In this document: positions 18,524-27,324 of the stretch, in pieces
Layout: each line of letters starts with the position of its first letter
Position numbering within the stretch: position 1 is the first letter of the stretch
NCBI GenBank assembly: GCA_002281755.1
Contig: NCHB01000010.1
Span: forward strand, 6,644 to 70,643
Source of the DNA: Sulfurovum sp. 16-42-52
GTDB lineage: Bacteria > Campylobacterota > Campylobacteria > Campylobacterales > Sulfurovaceae
Direction of reading: 5' to 3'
Length of the DNA: 64,000 nt
Position numbers and translations under genes: made by a program
Notes under the pieces: model-generated
Seen by the model: only the letters and a program-made list of their open reading frames with translations
What the model was told of the DNA's origin: nothing
The model's database searches: none

Positions 18524-19402
18524 TTAAAATCTGATCGATAGATAAAAACTGATCGCAAATTCCTGTTCTTTGTTGAGGTAGTGGTTTTTGTGATAGATTG
18601 CATAAGGCGGTTTTGTTGTGGTGCGGTATTCGCTTTTGGGTAGCCACTCATGATAGACCCAGTGGATCAACTTCAAGAGGTCTCCCCGTTTTCCTTCAAA
18701 ATCGAACTTGGCATAAACACCCCCTGAGATATTAAATCGTGGCAAACGCTGATCTTTTATCTCTTTTTGTGAATGGGGCACAACACATGCAACATAATGA
18801 CACTCATCCAAAGGTGTAATGGTCGGGTTGTCGTGAAAAAGTGACATCTCCGTATAGTCTTTTAACTCATTTTGATAAATCCATGTTTGAATTTTTTGCC
18901 ATGTCTGTTTGGATTTGTCATAGCCATAGCCTCTGTGACGGATATAGTAGGCAGTCTGTTGCGGCATCTTGACGATTTCGGGCTGGATTTGCTCAAAACT
19001 GGCCGTAGAAGCCTGAGCCATGGGTGATTGGAGAAGAATGTTATGGGAGTATAATTTATAGCCTCCTTTTCTCCAACTGTTAGGTGTCATCGAAAAACGC
19101 TCTTTAAAGGCACGAATGAAAGAAGTTTGTGAACTGTAGCCGCATTCATTGGCTATTTTAGAAATCGTAGAGTATTGATTGGTCAATAGAAGATTGGAGG
19201 CTTTTTGAAGACGAATCGATTTGATGCTTTCATAGATGTTGCGTCCAAACACCTCTTTAAAGATCTGATGCATATAAAATTTGTTGATCTTAAAATGAAC
19301 TGCCAGCTCGTCAAGGTTGATATCTGTATCGATATGCCTGTAAAAGTAGAACATCAAATCATTTGATATTTTGATTTTTTTATCTAAGGTTTCCTGTTTC
19401 AT
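18524..19402 (-). CDS. AraC-family regulator with C-terminal GyrI-like domain
   Basis: N-terminal AraC HTH pair (CGYSSQTSFIRAFK), then GyrI-like effector domain (HDNPTITP, GGVYAKF). Confidence 0.9.
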   Translation of the reverse strand: MKQETLDKKIKISNDLMFYFYRHIDTDINLDELAVHFKINKFYMHQIFKEVFGRNIYESIKSIRLQKASNLLLTNQYSTISKIANECGYSSQTSFIRAFKERFSMTPNSWRKGGYKLYSHNILLQSPMAQASTASFEQIQPEIVKMPQQTAYYIRHRGYGYDKSKQTWQKIQTWIYQNELKDYTEMSLFHDNPTITPLDECHYVACVVPHSQKEIKDQRLPRFNISGGVYAKFDFEGKRGDLLKLIHWVYHEWLPKSEYRTTTKPPYAIYHKNHYLNKEQEFAISFYLSIRF

Positions 19403-19646
19403 GACATAATCATACAAATTTTAAATAAAAATAATATTAAAAATGGATAACAAATAAAATAAAAAATGATTACAAAAGAATAAACTATGGTGAAGAACTC
19501 AATCCCGCAAAAGAATTATAATGCTTGAAGTTTTTCTGGGTAGGAAAAATTGGTTCAGGACAATCTATACCATTAGATTGAGGTGGAAGATACAAAAGAT
19601 GTAGCTTCTAAAATCGTTAATAGAATTGAACAGGTAAGGAATAAAA

Positions 19647-21107
19647 ATGGCAAAGACAACAATTACAGTAGCACGCGGTGACGGTATCGGTCCGGAGATT
19701 ATGGATGCAAGTATCAGAGTACTTGATGCTGCGGGTGCGGATGTGGAATGGGAACATATTGAAGTCGGTGAGCAGGTGTATCTTGCTGGTAACAGTTCCG
19801 GTATTGCTCCAGAAGCTTGGGATACTATTAAAAAGAACAAAGTACTTTTTAAAGCACCTATTACAACGCCTCAAGGTGGTGGATACAAAAGTCTCAATGT
19901 TACAATTCGTAAAACTTTGGGTCTGTATGCAAATGTGCGTCCTGCTATCTCTTATAACCCGTTTATACCTTCGAGATACCCAGGTATGAATGTTCTTACT
20001 ATTCGTGAGAATGAAGAAGATTTGTACGCAGGAATCGAGCACCAACAAACTCCAGAAGTAACTCAGTGTCTAAAAATTATTACAAGACCAGGTTGTGAAA
20101 AGATTTGTCAGTATGCATTTGAGTATGCAAAAGCATACGGCAGAAAAAGAATCACGTGTATGATCAAAGATAATATCATGAAAATCACGGATGGACTTTT
20201 TGTCAAAGTTTTCTATGAAACGGCTAAAAATTATCCTGAAATTCAAGCAGATGACTGGATCATCGATATTGGTATGGCAAAACTCGTCGATGCGCCTGAA
20301 GAGTTTGACATGGTTTTGATGCCTAACCTTTATGGTGATGTGGCTACGGACGTTCTTGGACTGATGACCGGTTCAGTGGGTATCGCACCGGGTGCAAACG
20401 TTGGTGATGACTTTGCAATGTATGAAGCGATCCACGGTTCAGCACCACGTCATGCTGGTCAAAACAAAGCAAACCCATCAGGACTTTTACTTTCAGGTGT
20501 AATGATGATGGTTCAAGCGGGTCAACCAGAAGTAGCAGAAAAAGTGCACAATGCTTGGTTAAAAACTATCGAAGACGGTATCGTAACCTATGATCTTGCT
20601 CGTAAACTCAAAGCTGAAGGTAAAGCACATAAAGAAGTTGGAACTAAAGAGTTCGCTGATGCTGTTATCGAAAGACTTGGTCAAAAACCATCTACGCTTG
20701 CAGCTATCAAATATGACAAAGCAATCAAGATCAAAAAACCTGTTCTTTCAAACGTAAGAGCACAAGTAATGAATCTTATTGGATGTGACATCTTCACAAG
20801 AGATGATTGTGATGCAAATACGATTGGTGACAAACTGGTTGCACTCACAGAAGGTACAAACATCGCACTCAAGATGATCTCTAACCGTGGACAAAAAGTC
20901 TATCCAAACGGTCACCCGGAGACGTTCTTGACCGATCACTGGAGATGCCGTTTCTATAATAAAAACCAAGGTGAGTTGATAACCAACGGTGACATCACCA
21001 ACATGATGAACAAAATTGATGCTTCAGGGATAGAAGTGATCAAAACGGAAAACCTCTACGCATTTGAAAACGGTGAGCGTGCCTACTCACTCGGACAAGG
21101 CGAATAA
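19647..21107 (+). CDS. icd: NADP-dependent isocitrate dehydrogenase (long dimeric type)
   Basis: GDGIGPEI, KAPITTPQGGGYKSLNV, RENEEDLY, PNLYGD, EAIHGSAP; C-terminal extension ending YSLGQGE. Confidence 0.93.
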   Translation: MAKTTITVARGDGIGPEIMDASIRVLDAAGADVEWEHIEVGEQVYLAGNSSGIAPEAWDTIKKNKVLFKAPITTPQGGGYKSLNVTIRKTLGLYANVRPAISYNPFIPSRYPGMNVLTIRENEEDLYAGIEHQQTPEVTQCLKIITRPGCEKICQYAFEYAKAYGRKRITCMIKDNIMKITDGLFVKVFYETAKNYPEIQADDWIIDIGMAKLVDAPEEFDMVLMPNLYGDVATDVLGLMTGSVGIAPGANVGDDFAMYEAIHGSAPRHAGQNKANPSGLLLSGVMMMVQAGQPEVAEKVHNAWLKTIEDGIVTYDLARKLKAEGKAHKEVGTKEFADAVIERLGQKPSTLAAIKYDKAIKIKKPVLSNVRAQVMNLIGCDIFTRDDCDANTIGDKLVALTEGTNIALKMISNRGQKVYPNGHPETFLTDHWRCRFYNKNQGELITNGDITNMMNKIDASGIEVIKTENLYAFENGERAYSLGQGE

Positions 21108-21111
21108 CACC

Positions 21112-21155
21112 CATACTCTTCCTTTGAGGGAGAGTATGTATATGCTCTCTTTTTT
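21112..21155 (+). terminator. Putative intrinsic terminator or processing hairpin between icd and sbtA
   Basis: CATACTCT..AGAGTATG stem, followed shortly by a T-run. Confidence 0.45.
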
Positions 21156-21208
21156 AAAGCAAACAAAGTAAAGTGTATAAATAAACATGTATATAAAGGA
21201 GTTGCACT

Positions 21209-22189
21209 ATGAATATTGACATCATCTTACAAAACATGCTCAATCCGCCTGTTTTATTTTTTTTCTTGGGGATGCTTGCTGTATTTTTAAAATCAGACCT
21301 AAGCATACCACAACCGCTGCCAAAGCTTTTTTCTCTTTATTTACTCATCGCGATTGGTCTTCATGGAGGGTATGAACTCTCAAAGAGCGGACTGGATCTG
21401 TATATATTTGAAGCGTTAATGATTGCTGTTGTGATGTCAATGCTTGTCCCTATTTACAGTTTTTTTATTTTAAGAACCAAGATGGATATTTACAACTCCA
21501 TAGCCATCGCGGCTACTTACGGTTCTATCAGTGCGGTGACTTTTATTACAGGTATCACCTATCTAAATACTTTAGGTGTAGAATATGGCGGTTTTATGGT
21601 TGCATCCATGGCACTGATGGAGTCACCGGCTATCGTGATCGGTTTGGTTTTTGCAGCCCTTTTTGTCAAAGGCGATGCTTCAGAGGCGAAGGAGAAAACA
21701 GATTGGAGTGAGATTTTAAGAGAAGCTTTTTTAAATCCTTCGGTCTTTTTGCTTGTGGGCGCACTGATCATTGGTATACTTACAGGGGAAAAAGGCTGGC
21801 ATTCAATGGAACCGTTGTTTGGAACACTCTTTAAAGGGATGCTCGCATTTTTCCTTTTAGATATGGGGCTTGTAGCAGCAAGAAAAATCCACGAGCTGAA
21901 AAAAGTCGGTTTGTTTCTCATTGCGTTCGCACTGATCATGCCTATGGTAAATGCACTTGTGGCAACGGGGCTTGCCTTCACTTTTGAGATGCACAAAGGC
22001 GATGCATTTCTTCTGGCACTTTTGAGCGCGAGTGCCTCATACATTGCAGTTCCTGCAGCAATGAGACTCTCGGTACCCGAGGCAAATCCAGGCATATACC
22101 TGCCACTGAGTTTAGCGGTTACATTTCCATTTAACATCTCTTTGGGAATTCCGCTTTATTATTTTATAGTCAATTCATTTTGGGGGTGA
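21209..22189 (+). CDS. sbtA: Sodium-dependent bicarbonate transporter family permease (SbtA-like)
   Basis: AIGLHGG, YGSISAVTF, MESPAI, ASASYIAVPAA, VTFPFNI motifs. Confidence 0.9.
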   Translation: MNIDIILQNMLNPPVLFFFLGMLAVFLKSDLSIPQPLPKLFSLYLLIAIGLHGGYELSKSGLDLYIFEALMIAVVMSMLVPIYSFFILRTKMDIYNSIAIAATYGSISAVTFITGITYLNTLGVEYGGFMVASMALMESPAIVIGLVFAALFVKGDASEAKEKTDWSEILREAFLNPSVFLLVGALIIGILTGEKGWHSMEPLFGTLFKGMLAFFLLDMGLVAARKIHELKKVGLFLIAFALIMPMVNALVATGLAFTFEMHKGDAFLLALLSASASYIAVPAAMRLSVPEANPGIYLPLSLAVTFPFNISLGIPLYYFIVNSFWG

Positions 22190-22193
22190 GAAG

Positions 22194-22499
22194 ATGCAAC
22201 AGATGAAAAAAGTTGAACTGATATTTGAATCGGTGTATGAAAACAGATTGTTAGAACTTTTTAAAAAACATGAAATCAATGGGTATACCATCATCAGAGA
22301 CATTGAAGGGTATGGAGGGCATGGGTTAAAAACCGCCGATGACGTGAGTGATATATTTAGCAATATCTATATTTTTGCTGTGTGCGAATCACATAAGTAT
22401 GACGATATGGACAAAGATATCAGAATATTTTTAGCCAGACACGGTGGGAAATGTATTTTGAGTGATGTGATGTTACTCTTGGGTACTCCCAAAAAGTAA
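22194..22499 (+). CDS. sbtB: PII-like SbtB-type regulator
   Basis: MKKVELI, GYTII..GYGGHG PII-like pattern; immediately downstream of sbtA. Confidence 0.82.
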   Translation: MQQMKKVELIFESVYENRLLELFKKHEINGYTIIRDIEGYGGHGLKTADDVSDIFSNIYIFAVCESHKYDDMDKDIRIFLARHGGKCILSDVMLLLGTPKK

Positions 22500-22515
22500 G
22501 AGAAGGGGTAGGTAA

Positions 22516-22540
22516 GTAAAGCCCGTCTTGAGGGCTTTAC
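22516..22540. terminator. Bidirectional terminator hairpin
   Basis: Perfect 9-bp stem GTAAAGCCC-gtcttga-GGGCTTTAC between convergent genes. Confidence 0.65.
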
Positions 22541-22855
22541 CTAGTCTTCGTAAGTCGGTGAGGTGTAGTTGTAGCCAAACTTGGTGTGTTGGCTGACCTC
22601 TTCTTCGACTGCATCGATGATCTCATCGGTTTTATCTTCTACAGATTGGATGAACCTATCTTTGTCGCGTTGGGTTTTAAAACTGTGAATCTGGTAGGGT
22701 TTTTCGGGGCTGTAGGCTTCAAAAAGTGCTTCCAGACTCTCTTCCCATACAAGGGTGAGCTCTCTGCTTATTTGCTCTGGTTCTTCCTGTTCGGGGAGTG
22801 TATAGTTGAAAACGACTGTATCTTCATACGTGATGACTTCAAAAGGGGTGGACAT
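22541..22855 (-). CDS. Acidic hypothetical protein (104 aa)
   Basis: ORF with AGG upstream; ends at the terminator hairpin; no motif recognised. Confidence 0.65.
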   Translation of the reverse strand: MSTPFEVITYEDTVVFNYTLPEQEEPEQISRELTLVWEESLEALFEAYSPEKPYQIHSFKTQRDKDRFIQSVEDKTDEIIDAVEEEVSQHTKFGYNYTSPTYED

Positions 22856-23066
22856 GTGTAACCTTTATGCAGGCAAAAGAGCCTTTGTTGTATCGCTTTG
22901 ATAGTGTACTGTATACACTAAAAGCACTGTGTAGCAAAATATTTTTCGAAATTTGACCTAGAGCAAGGCTTTGTGTAACCTATCTTCACAGAATCTAAAG
23001 TGGCATGAAGCCTAGCGATAGTAGCTTTATGTTAAAATAAATGCAATCTAAACACAATGGTGAAAC

Positions 23067-23795
23067 ATGGCTTTAAAAGAGATCCACTACAAAGAACAGT
23101 CCTTTAACCTCTCTTATGAGATACTTAACCCCACGCAAGAAGCAGTGTTGCTTGTGCTGCACGGATGGGGAAGCAATAAAGAGATTATGAAGCAGGCATT
23201 TGGCAAAACACTCGCTGGCTACAGACATCTCTATCTTGATTTACCCGGATTTGGGTACTCAAGCAATGAAATGGTCTTAAGCACGCAAGACTACGCGGCT
23301 ATCGTGAAGCTTTTTTTACAAACATTGGGTGTAGCGCCAACCATCGCCATGGGGCACTCCTTTGGCGGTAAAGTCTCTACACTGCTGGCACCACCGTGTT
23401 TGGTGTTGTTGTCCTCTTCGGGGATACTGGTCGAGAAACCTTTGTCGGTGAGACTCAAGATAGCGTTGGTCAAACTTCTCAAGCCTTTAGGGCTGGCAAA
23501 GTTACGCGCACTGTTTGTAGCCCCTGATGCCCAAGGGATGAGCCACGCGATGTACGAGACTTTTAAAAATGTAGTCAATGAACACTTTGAAGACAACTTT
23601 AGCGCATCTAAGAGCAAAGCACTCTGTTTTTGGGGTAAAGAAGATACGGCGACACCGCTTTTTACGGGTGAAAAGATAGCAAGTCTCATACAAGATAGTC
23701 ACTTTTATGCGCTTGAGGGGGATCACTTTTTTTTCTTGCAACACACGGCATTTATAGAACACACCATCTTAGAACACTGTAAAGGAACTCACTAA
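23067..23795 (+). CDS. Alpha/beta hydrolase
   Basis: LHGWG, DLPGFG, GHSFGG nucleophile elbow; coupled to murF. Confidence 0.9.
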   Translation: MALKEIHYKEQSFNLSYEILNPTQEAVLLVLHGWGSNKEIMKQAFGKTLAGYRHLYLDLPGFGYSSNEMVLSTQDYAAIVKLFLQTLGVAPTIAMGHSFGGKVSTLLAPPCLVLLSSSGILVEKPLSVRLKIALVKLLKPLGLAKLRALFVAPDAQGMSHAMYETFKNVVNEHFEDNFSASKSKALCFWGKEDTATPLFTGEKIASLIQDSHFYALEGDHFFFLQHTAFIEHTILEHCKGTH

Positions 23796-25252
23796 TGTTT
23801 TTTGCACTCAATACACTTTTTTATGCGCTTTTTGTCTTAGCCATGGGCTACTACTTCATCACCAACTTGCAATGGTACTCCTATAAACTAAACCGCGTAC
23901 TCTTTCATCACACCAAAACATGGTGGCACGCAGTTTACTTTTTACTGCCCTATGGCGCGTATGCAGTGGCGCAGAAGACGGGTGAGTTCAGTTTTATGGT
24001 AGTCATGGTCTATCTTGTGATGCTGTACTTTTGGTACAAAGGGCTCGATAAACCATTGGTATTTACAGGTAGGGTGAAACGCTTTTTTGCGGCCCTAGTG
24101 CTCTTTGCGCTTTTTGTCTTTGTCGTGTTTCACCATGCCATGCTCATCGTACCGTTGTTTTTGGCGTATGTGGTCTCGATGCTCATCGAAAAGATGCTTT
24201 TTCACGGATTTAAACGCAAAGCACAGCAGAAGATAGAAGGGGTGCAGAGTCTTGTGGTAGTCGGCATCACGGCTAGCTACGGTAAAACAAGCATCAAAAA
24301 CTACATCGAACACCTGCTAAGCGCAAAGTACAAAACCTACGCGACTCCACGCTCGGTCAACACGCTAGGTGGCATCATGAAAGACATCAATGAGGATCTG
24401 CCTTCAGATACGCAGGTGTATGTGGTGGAGATGGGAGCAAGAGGTGAGGGGGACATCGCCGAAATCAGCACCTTTGTCAATCCGCACTTCGTAGTAGTCG
24501 GCAAGATAGGCCCTGCGCACATCGAGTACTTTAAGACCATCGAAAACATCCGAAATACCAAGATGGAGATACTCAAAACCAACAGACTTCAAAAAGCATG
24601 GGTGCATGAAAGTGCCAGAGTCAAGCCTGAAGCAAACGTCCATACCTTTGGAAGCACAGAGAACCTAGACATACGCACCAAAGACACACCACCGCAGTTT
24701 GTCATCGAAAATGTAGAAGCAACGCTTGAAGCGACTTGTTTTACACTGGATGGTGTGCGCTATTGTGCGAGTATTTTGGGTGCATTTAACGCGATGAACC
24801 TCGCGGCAGCCGTACTGGTAGCCAAAGAACTGGGACTAAGCGAAGAAGAGATACAGCAAGGTCTCTCAACCCTACAACCCGTCAACCACAGACTCCAACG
24901 CATCGATGCAGGCGGCAAGGTGATACTCGATGACAGTTTTAACGGCAATATTGACGGTATGATGGCTTCTTTTGACTTGGCAAGCACCTACCAAGGACGC
25001 AAGGTCATCATCACACCGGGGCTTGTTGAGGTGGATGACGCACTCAATGTACAAGTAGCCAAAAGAGCCAATGAAGTCTTTGATGTGGTGGTGGTCACAG
25101 GAGAGTTAAACTACGCTATTTTTAAAGCACATATCGATGCCAATAAGCTGGTCAAACTTGCCACCAAAGCACAGATGCAAGAGATGCTCATAGAACAAAC
25201 CCGCGCAGGTGACCTCATACTCTTCGCCAATGATGCTCCGAGTTTTGTGTAG
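23795..25252 (+). CDS. murF: Mur ligase, MurF-like, with N-terminal TM region
   Basis: GITASYGKTS, VVEMGAR, HRLQ, ILDDSFNGN. Confidence 0.85.
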   Translation: MFFALNTLFYALFVLAMGYYFITNLQWYSYKLNRVLFHHTKTWWHAVYFLLPYGAYAVAQKTGEFSFMVVMVYLVMLYFWYKGLDKPLVFTGRVKRFFAALVLFALFVFVVFHHAMLIVPLFLAYVVSMLIEKMLFHGFKRKAQQKIEGVQSLVVVGITASYGKTSIKNYIEHLLSAKYKTYATPRSVNTLGGIMKDINEDLPSDTQVYVVEMGARGEGDIAEISTFVNPHFVVVGKIGPAHIEYFKTIENIRNTKMEILKTNRLQKAWVHESARVKPEANVHTFGSTENLDIRTKDTPPQFVIENVEATLEATCFTLDGVRYCASILGAFNAMNLAAAVLVAKELGLSEEEIQQGLSTLQPVNHRLQRIDAGGKVILDDSFNGNIDGMMASFDLASTYQGRKVIITPGLVEVDDALNVQVAKRANEVFDVVVVTGELNYAIFKAHIDANKLVKLATKAQMQEMLIEQTRAGDLILFANDAPSFV

Positions 25253-25283
25253 GTTGGGTGAGAGGGATTTTTTCTCTTTACCG

Positions 25284-25541
25284 CTAATAATCGTACACAT
25301 CTTTACGATGTGAAACTCTGATGACTTCAACCGTCACAGTTTCATCGATTATCTCATACACAATGCGATAATTACCAACACGGATTCGATAAAAATCAGA
25401 AAGATTCCCGACAAGTTTTTTCCCGTCGTAGGGTGTTTTGGTTAAAAACTCATCTATCTTGAGCATAATCTTTTTTTGCCAAAAAACATCTATATTTTTT
25501 AGATCTTTCAAGACTTTTTTGTCAATGACAATGCTATACAC
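25284..25541 (-). CDS. relE: RelE/ParE-family type II toxin
   Basis: YRIRVGNYRIVY and HRKDVY motifs. GTG start at 25541 overlaps the antitoxin stop, with AAGGA RBS. Confidence 0.9.
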   Translation of the reverse strand: MYSIVIDKKVLKDLKNIDVFWQKKIMLKIDEFLTKTPYDGKKLVGNLSDFYRIRVGNYRIVYEIIDETVTVEVIRVSHRKDVYDY

Positions 25542-25743
25542 CCAAAGCTTCCTTGAGCTCATTAAATGATATTAACTCTCTGTTATTACTATTTTTTCTT
25601 TTTGATGCCTCATAGTAGTCTTCAAGGTCATCAAGATAGTTTGCCAACGCCTCTTTCACAAAAAAACTTTTAGATCTTTTTGTAGATGCGGCGAGCTTAT
25701 CTATGCGTTTTTGGGTTTCAGCATCCAATCTTATTGATAACAT
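25534..25743 (-). CDS. RHH (CopG/RelB-type) antitoxin
   Basis: MLSIRLD...SKSFFVKEALANY...ISFNELK; upstream of relE. Confidence 0.88.
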   Translation of the reverse strand: MLSIRLDAETQKRIDKLAASTKRSKSFFVKEALANYLDDLEDYYEASKRKNSNNRELISFNELKEALGV

Positions 25744-25781
25744 TTTGTATCCTTTTGTATTACTTGTATGACATTATATAG
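25744..25781 (-). promoter_or_regulatory. relBE promoter/operator
   Basis: Minus strand reads TATAATgtcatacaagtaatacaaaaggatacaaaATG: a -10 box abutting repeated GTnATACAA boxes. Confidence 0.55.
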
Positions 25782-25908
25782 TATTTTGGTTATGGCTACA
25801 AGGATTTCACCAAAAATATCTAGCACTAACAACAACATTTTCAATATCCCACTTCAAATCACCTATAACTAAACCAATCTAGACCAATTGGAGTTTTTTT
25901 AGGTTCGC

Positions 25909-26463
25909 TTAGAGGGATTCTTTGCTTTGATTGCTCTCAGTGTCATTGTCCTCTGAACCAAAATCAAATGCGCCGAAGTCAAAATCAGTATCCAAATCAA
26001 CATCAAACTCAAACCACGCTTTGGGCTTTTCTTCACCACCCATTTTTTTGAAAAAGAGTTGATGGTGTTGACTCTTGAGCAAGATGCCATCCACGCCGTT
26101 ACTGCTGGCATGCACTACGCTAAAACCTTCTGCCAGTGTTTCATGCAGTGCTTTGCTTGCTAGAACCTGTTTTTGGGTTCTGCAAACCATTTTGGTCGCG
26201 ATGAGTGTTGAGGACATATTGTTTTCAGAGCTTGCATTGAGCGTACCGGAGATTTTGTTGCATGCATCAAATCCACTGATGTGCATTTTAGCAGAGTCAA
26301 ACTCTAAAATGGCACGGGCTTGTCTGACACTTTTACCGTCTGCACTGCGTAGATGCCAGTTTCCGTCAAGTTCTTCGAGTTTTATACTGTTTTCCTCCGC
26401 CAAAAGTGCGCTACTGCTTAAGAGAGATAGGAGACAAAGAACAGCCATTTTTTGATAAAACAT
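25909..26463 (-). CDS. META/HslJ-domain exported protein
   Basis: Signal peptide; GNWHL, SGFDACN, STLIATKMVC META pattern; acidic tail. Confidence 0.8.
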   Translation of the reverse strand: MFYQKMAVLCLLSLLSSSALLAEENSIKLEELDGNWHLRSADGKSVRQARAILEFDSAKMHISGFDACNKISGTLNASSENNMSSTLIATKMVCRTQKQVLASKALHETLAEGFSVVHASSNGVDGILLKSQHHQLFFKKMGGEEKPKAWFEFDVDLDTDFDFGAFDFGSEDNDTESNQSKESL

Positions 26464-26523
26464 GAAAAATCTTCCTTATAAAACTTTTTGCTATTATAGT
26501 AAAACTTGTATTATGGAGTCTCT

Positions 26524-27318
26524 ATGCGTTTGGTTTTTTTCTTTATTTTTACTTTTTCAGTGCTTTTTGCTACACCACTGACTTTGAGTGACAAGCAGGC
26601 GGCTTTTATAGCGCAAAAGGTATGGCAAAATGAAGGTGCAGGTCTGGACAAGTATCTGGTGCACTGGAATGAAGGTGAAGATTTTGCTTCAGTGGGCATC
26701 GGGCATTTTATCTGGTTTCCCGTGGGGCATACAGAGCGTTTTAGGGAGGTGTTCCCGATGGTCTTGACATTCATGCAAAACAAGGGGGTAAATATGCCCT
26801 CTTGGCTTAACGCCAAAACACCGCTTCCCTGGAATAACAAAGCGGCGTTTTTTGCTGCAAAAAATGCAAAAAGCAGCCAATATATAGAACTGTTTACTTT
26901 TCTGAAACATACGATGCCGCTTCAGGCCGCTTTTATGGCACAGCGTCTGAGTGAAGCTTTGCCTCAGATGCTGGAGACCATAGAAGAACCCAAAAAACAA
27001 GCCCTTATCCAAAAACGCTTTGATGAAGTGATGTACAACCTAGACGGCTCAATCAATGAACGGGGGCTTTATGTGTTGCTTGACTACACCAACTTTAAGG
27101 GTGAGGGTACACTCGAGAGCGAACGTTACAAGGGGCAGGGCTGGGGACTGCTTCAAGTGCTTGAACACATGAACCCCAACGAGCCCAACAAACAAAAAGC
27201 CTTTGCGCTTTCAGCCAAAGCGATGCTGGACAGACGCATCAAAAACTCTCCGCCTGCTAGAGGTGAAGAACGTTGGCGCGCAGGGTGGAACAAACGTCTT
27301 GAAACCTATTGGAAGTAG
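26524..27318 (+). CDS. Secreted hypothetical protein, possibly lysozyme-like
   Basis: Signal peptide from ATG 26524; NEG...SVGIGHF segment. Confidence 0.6.
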   Translation: MRLVFFFIFTFSVLFATPLTLSDKQAAFIAQKVWQNEGAGLDKYLVHWNEGEDFASVGIGHFIWFPVGHTERFREVFPMVLTFMQNKGVNMPSWLNAKTPLPWNNKAAFFAAKNAKSSQYIELFTFLKHTMPLQAAFMAQRLSEALPQMLETIEEPKKQALIQKRFDEVMYNLDGSINERGLYVLLDYTNFKGEGTLESERYKGQGWGLLQVLEHMNPNEPNKQKAFALSAKAMLDRRIKNSPPARGEERWRAGWNKRLETYWK

Positions 27319-27324
27319 TTCTGT

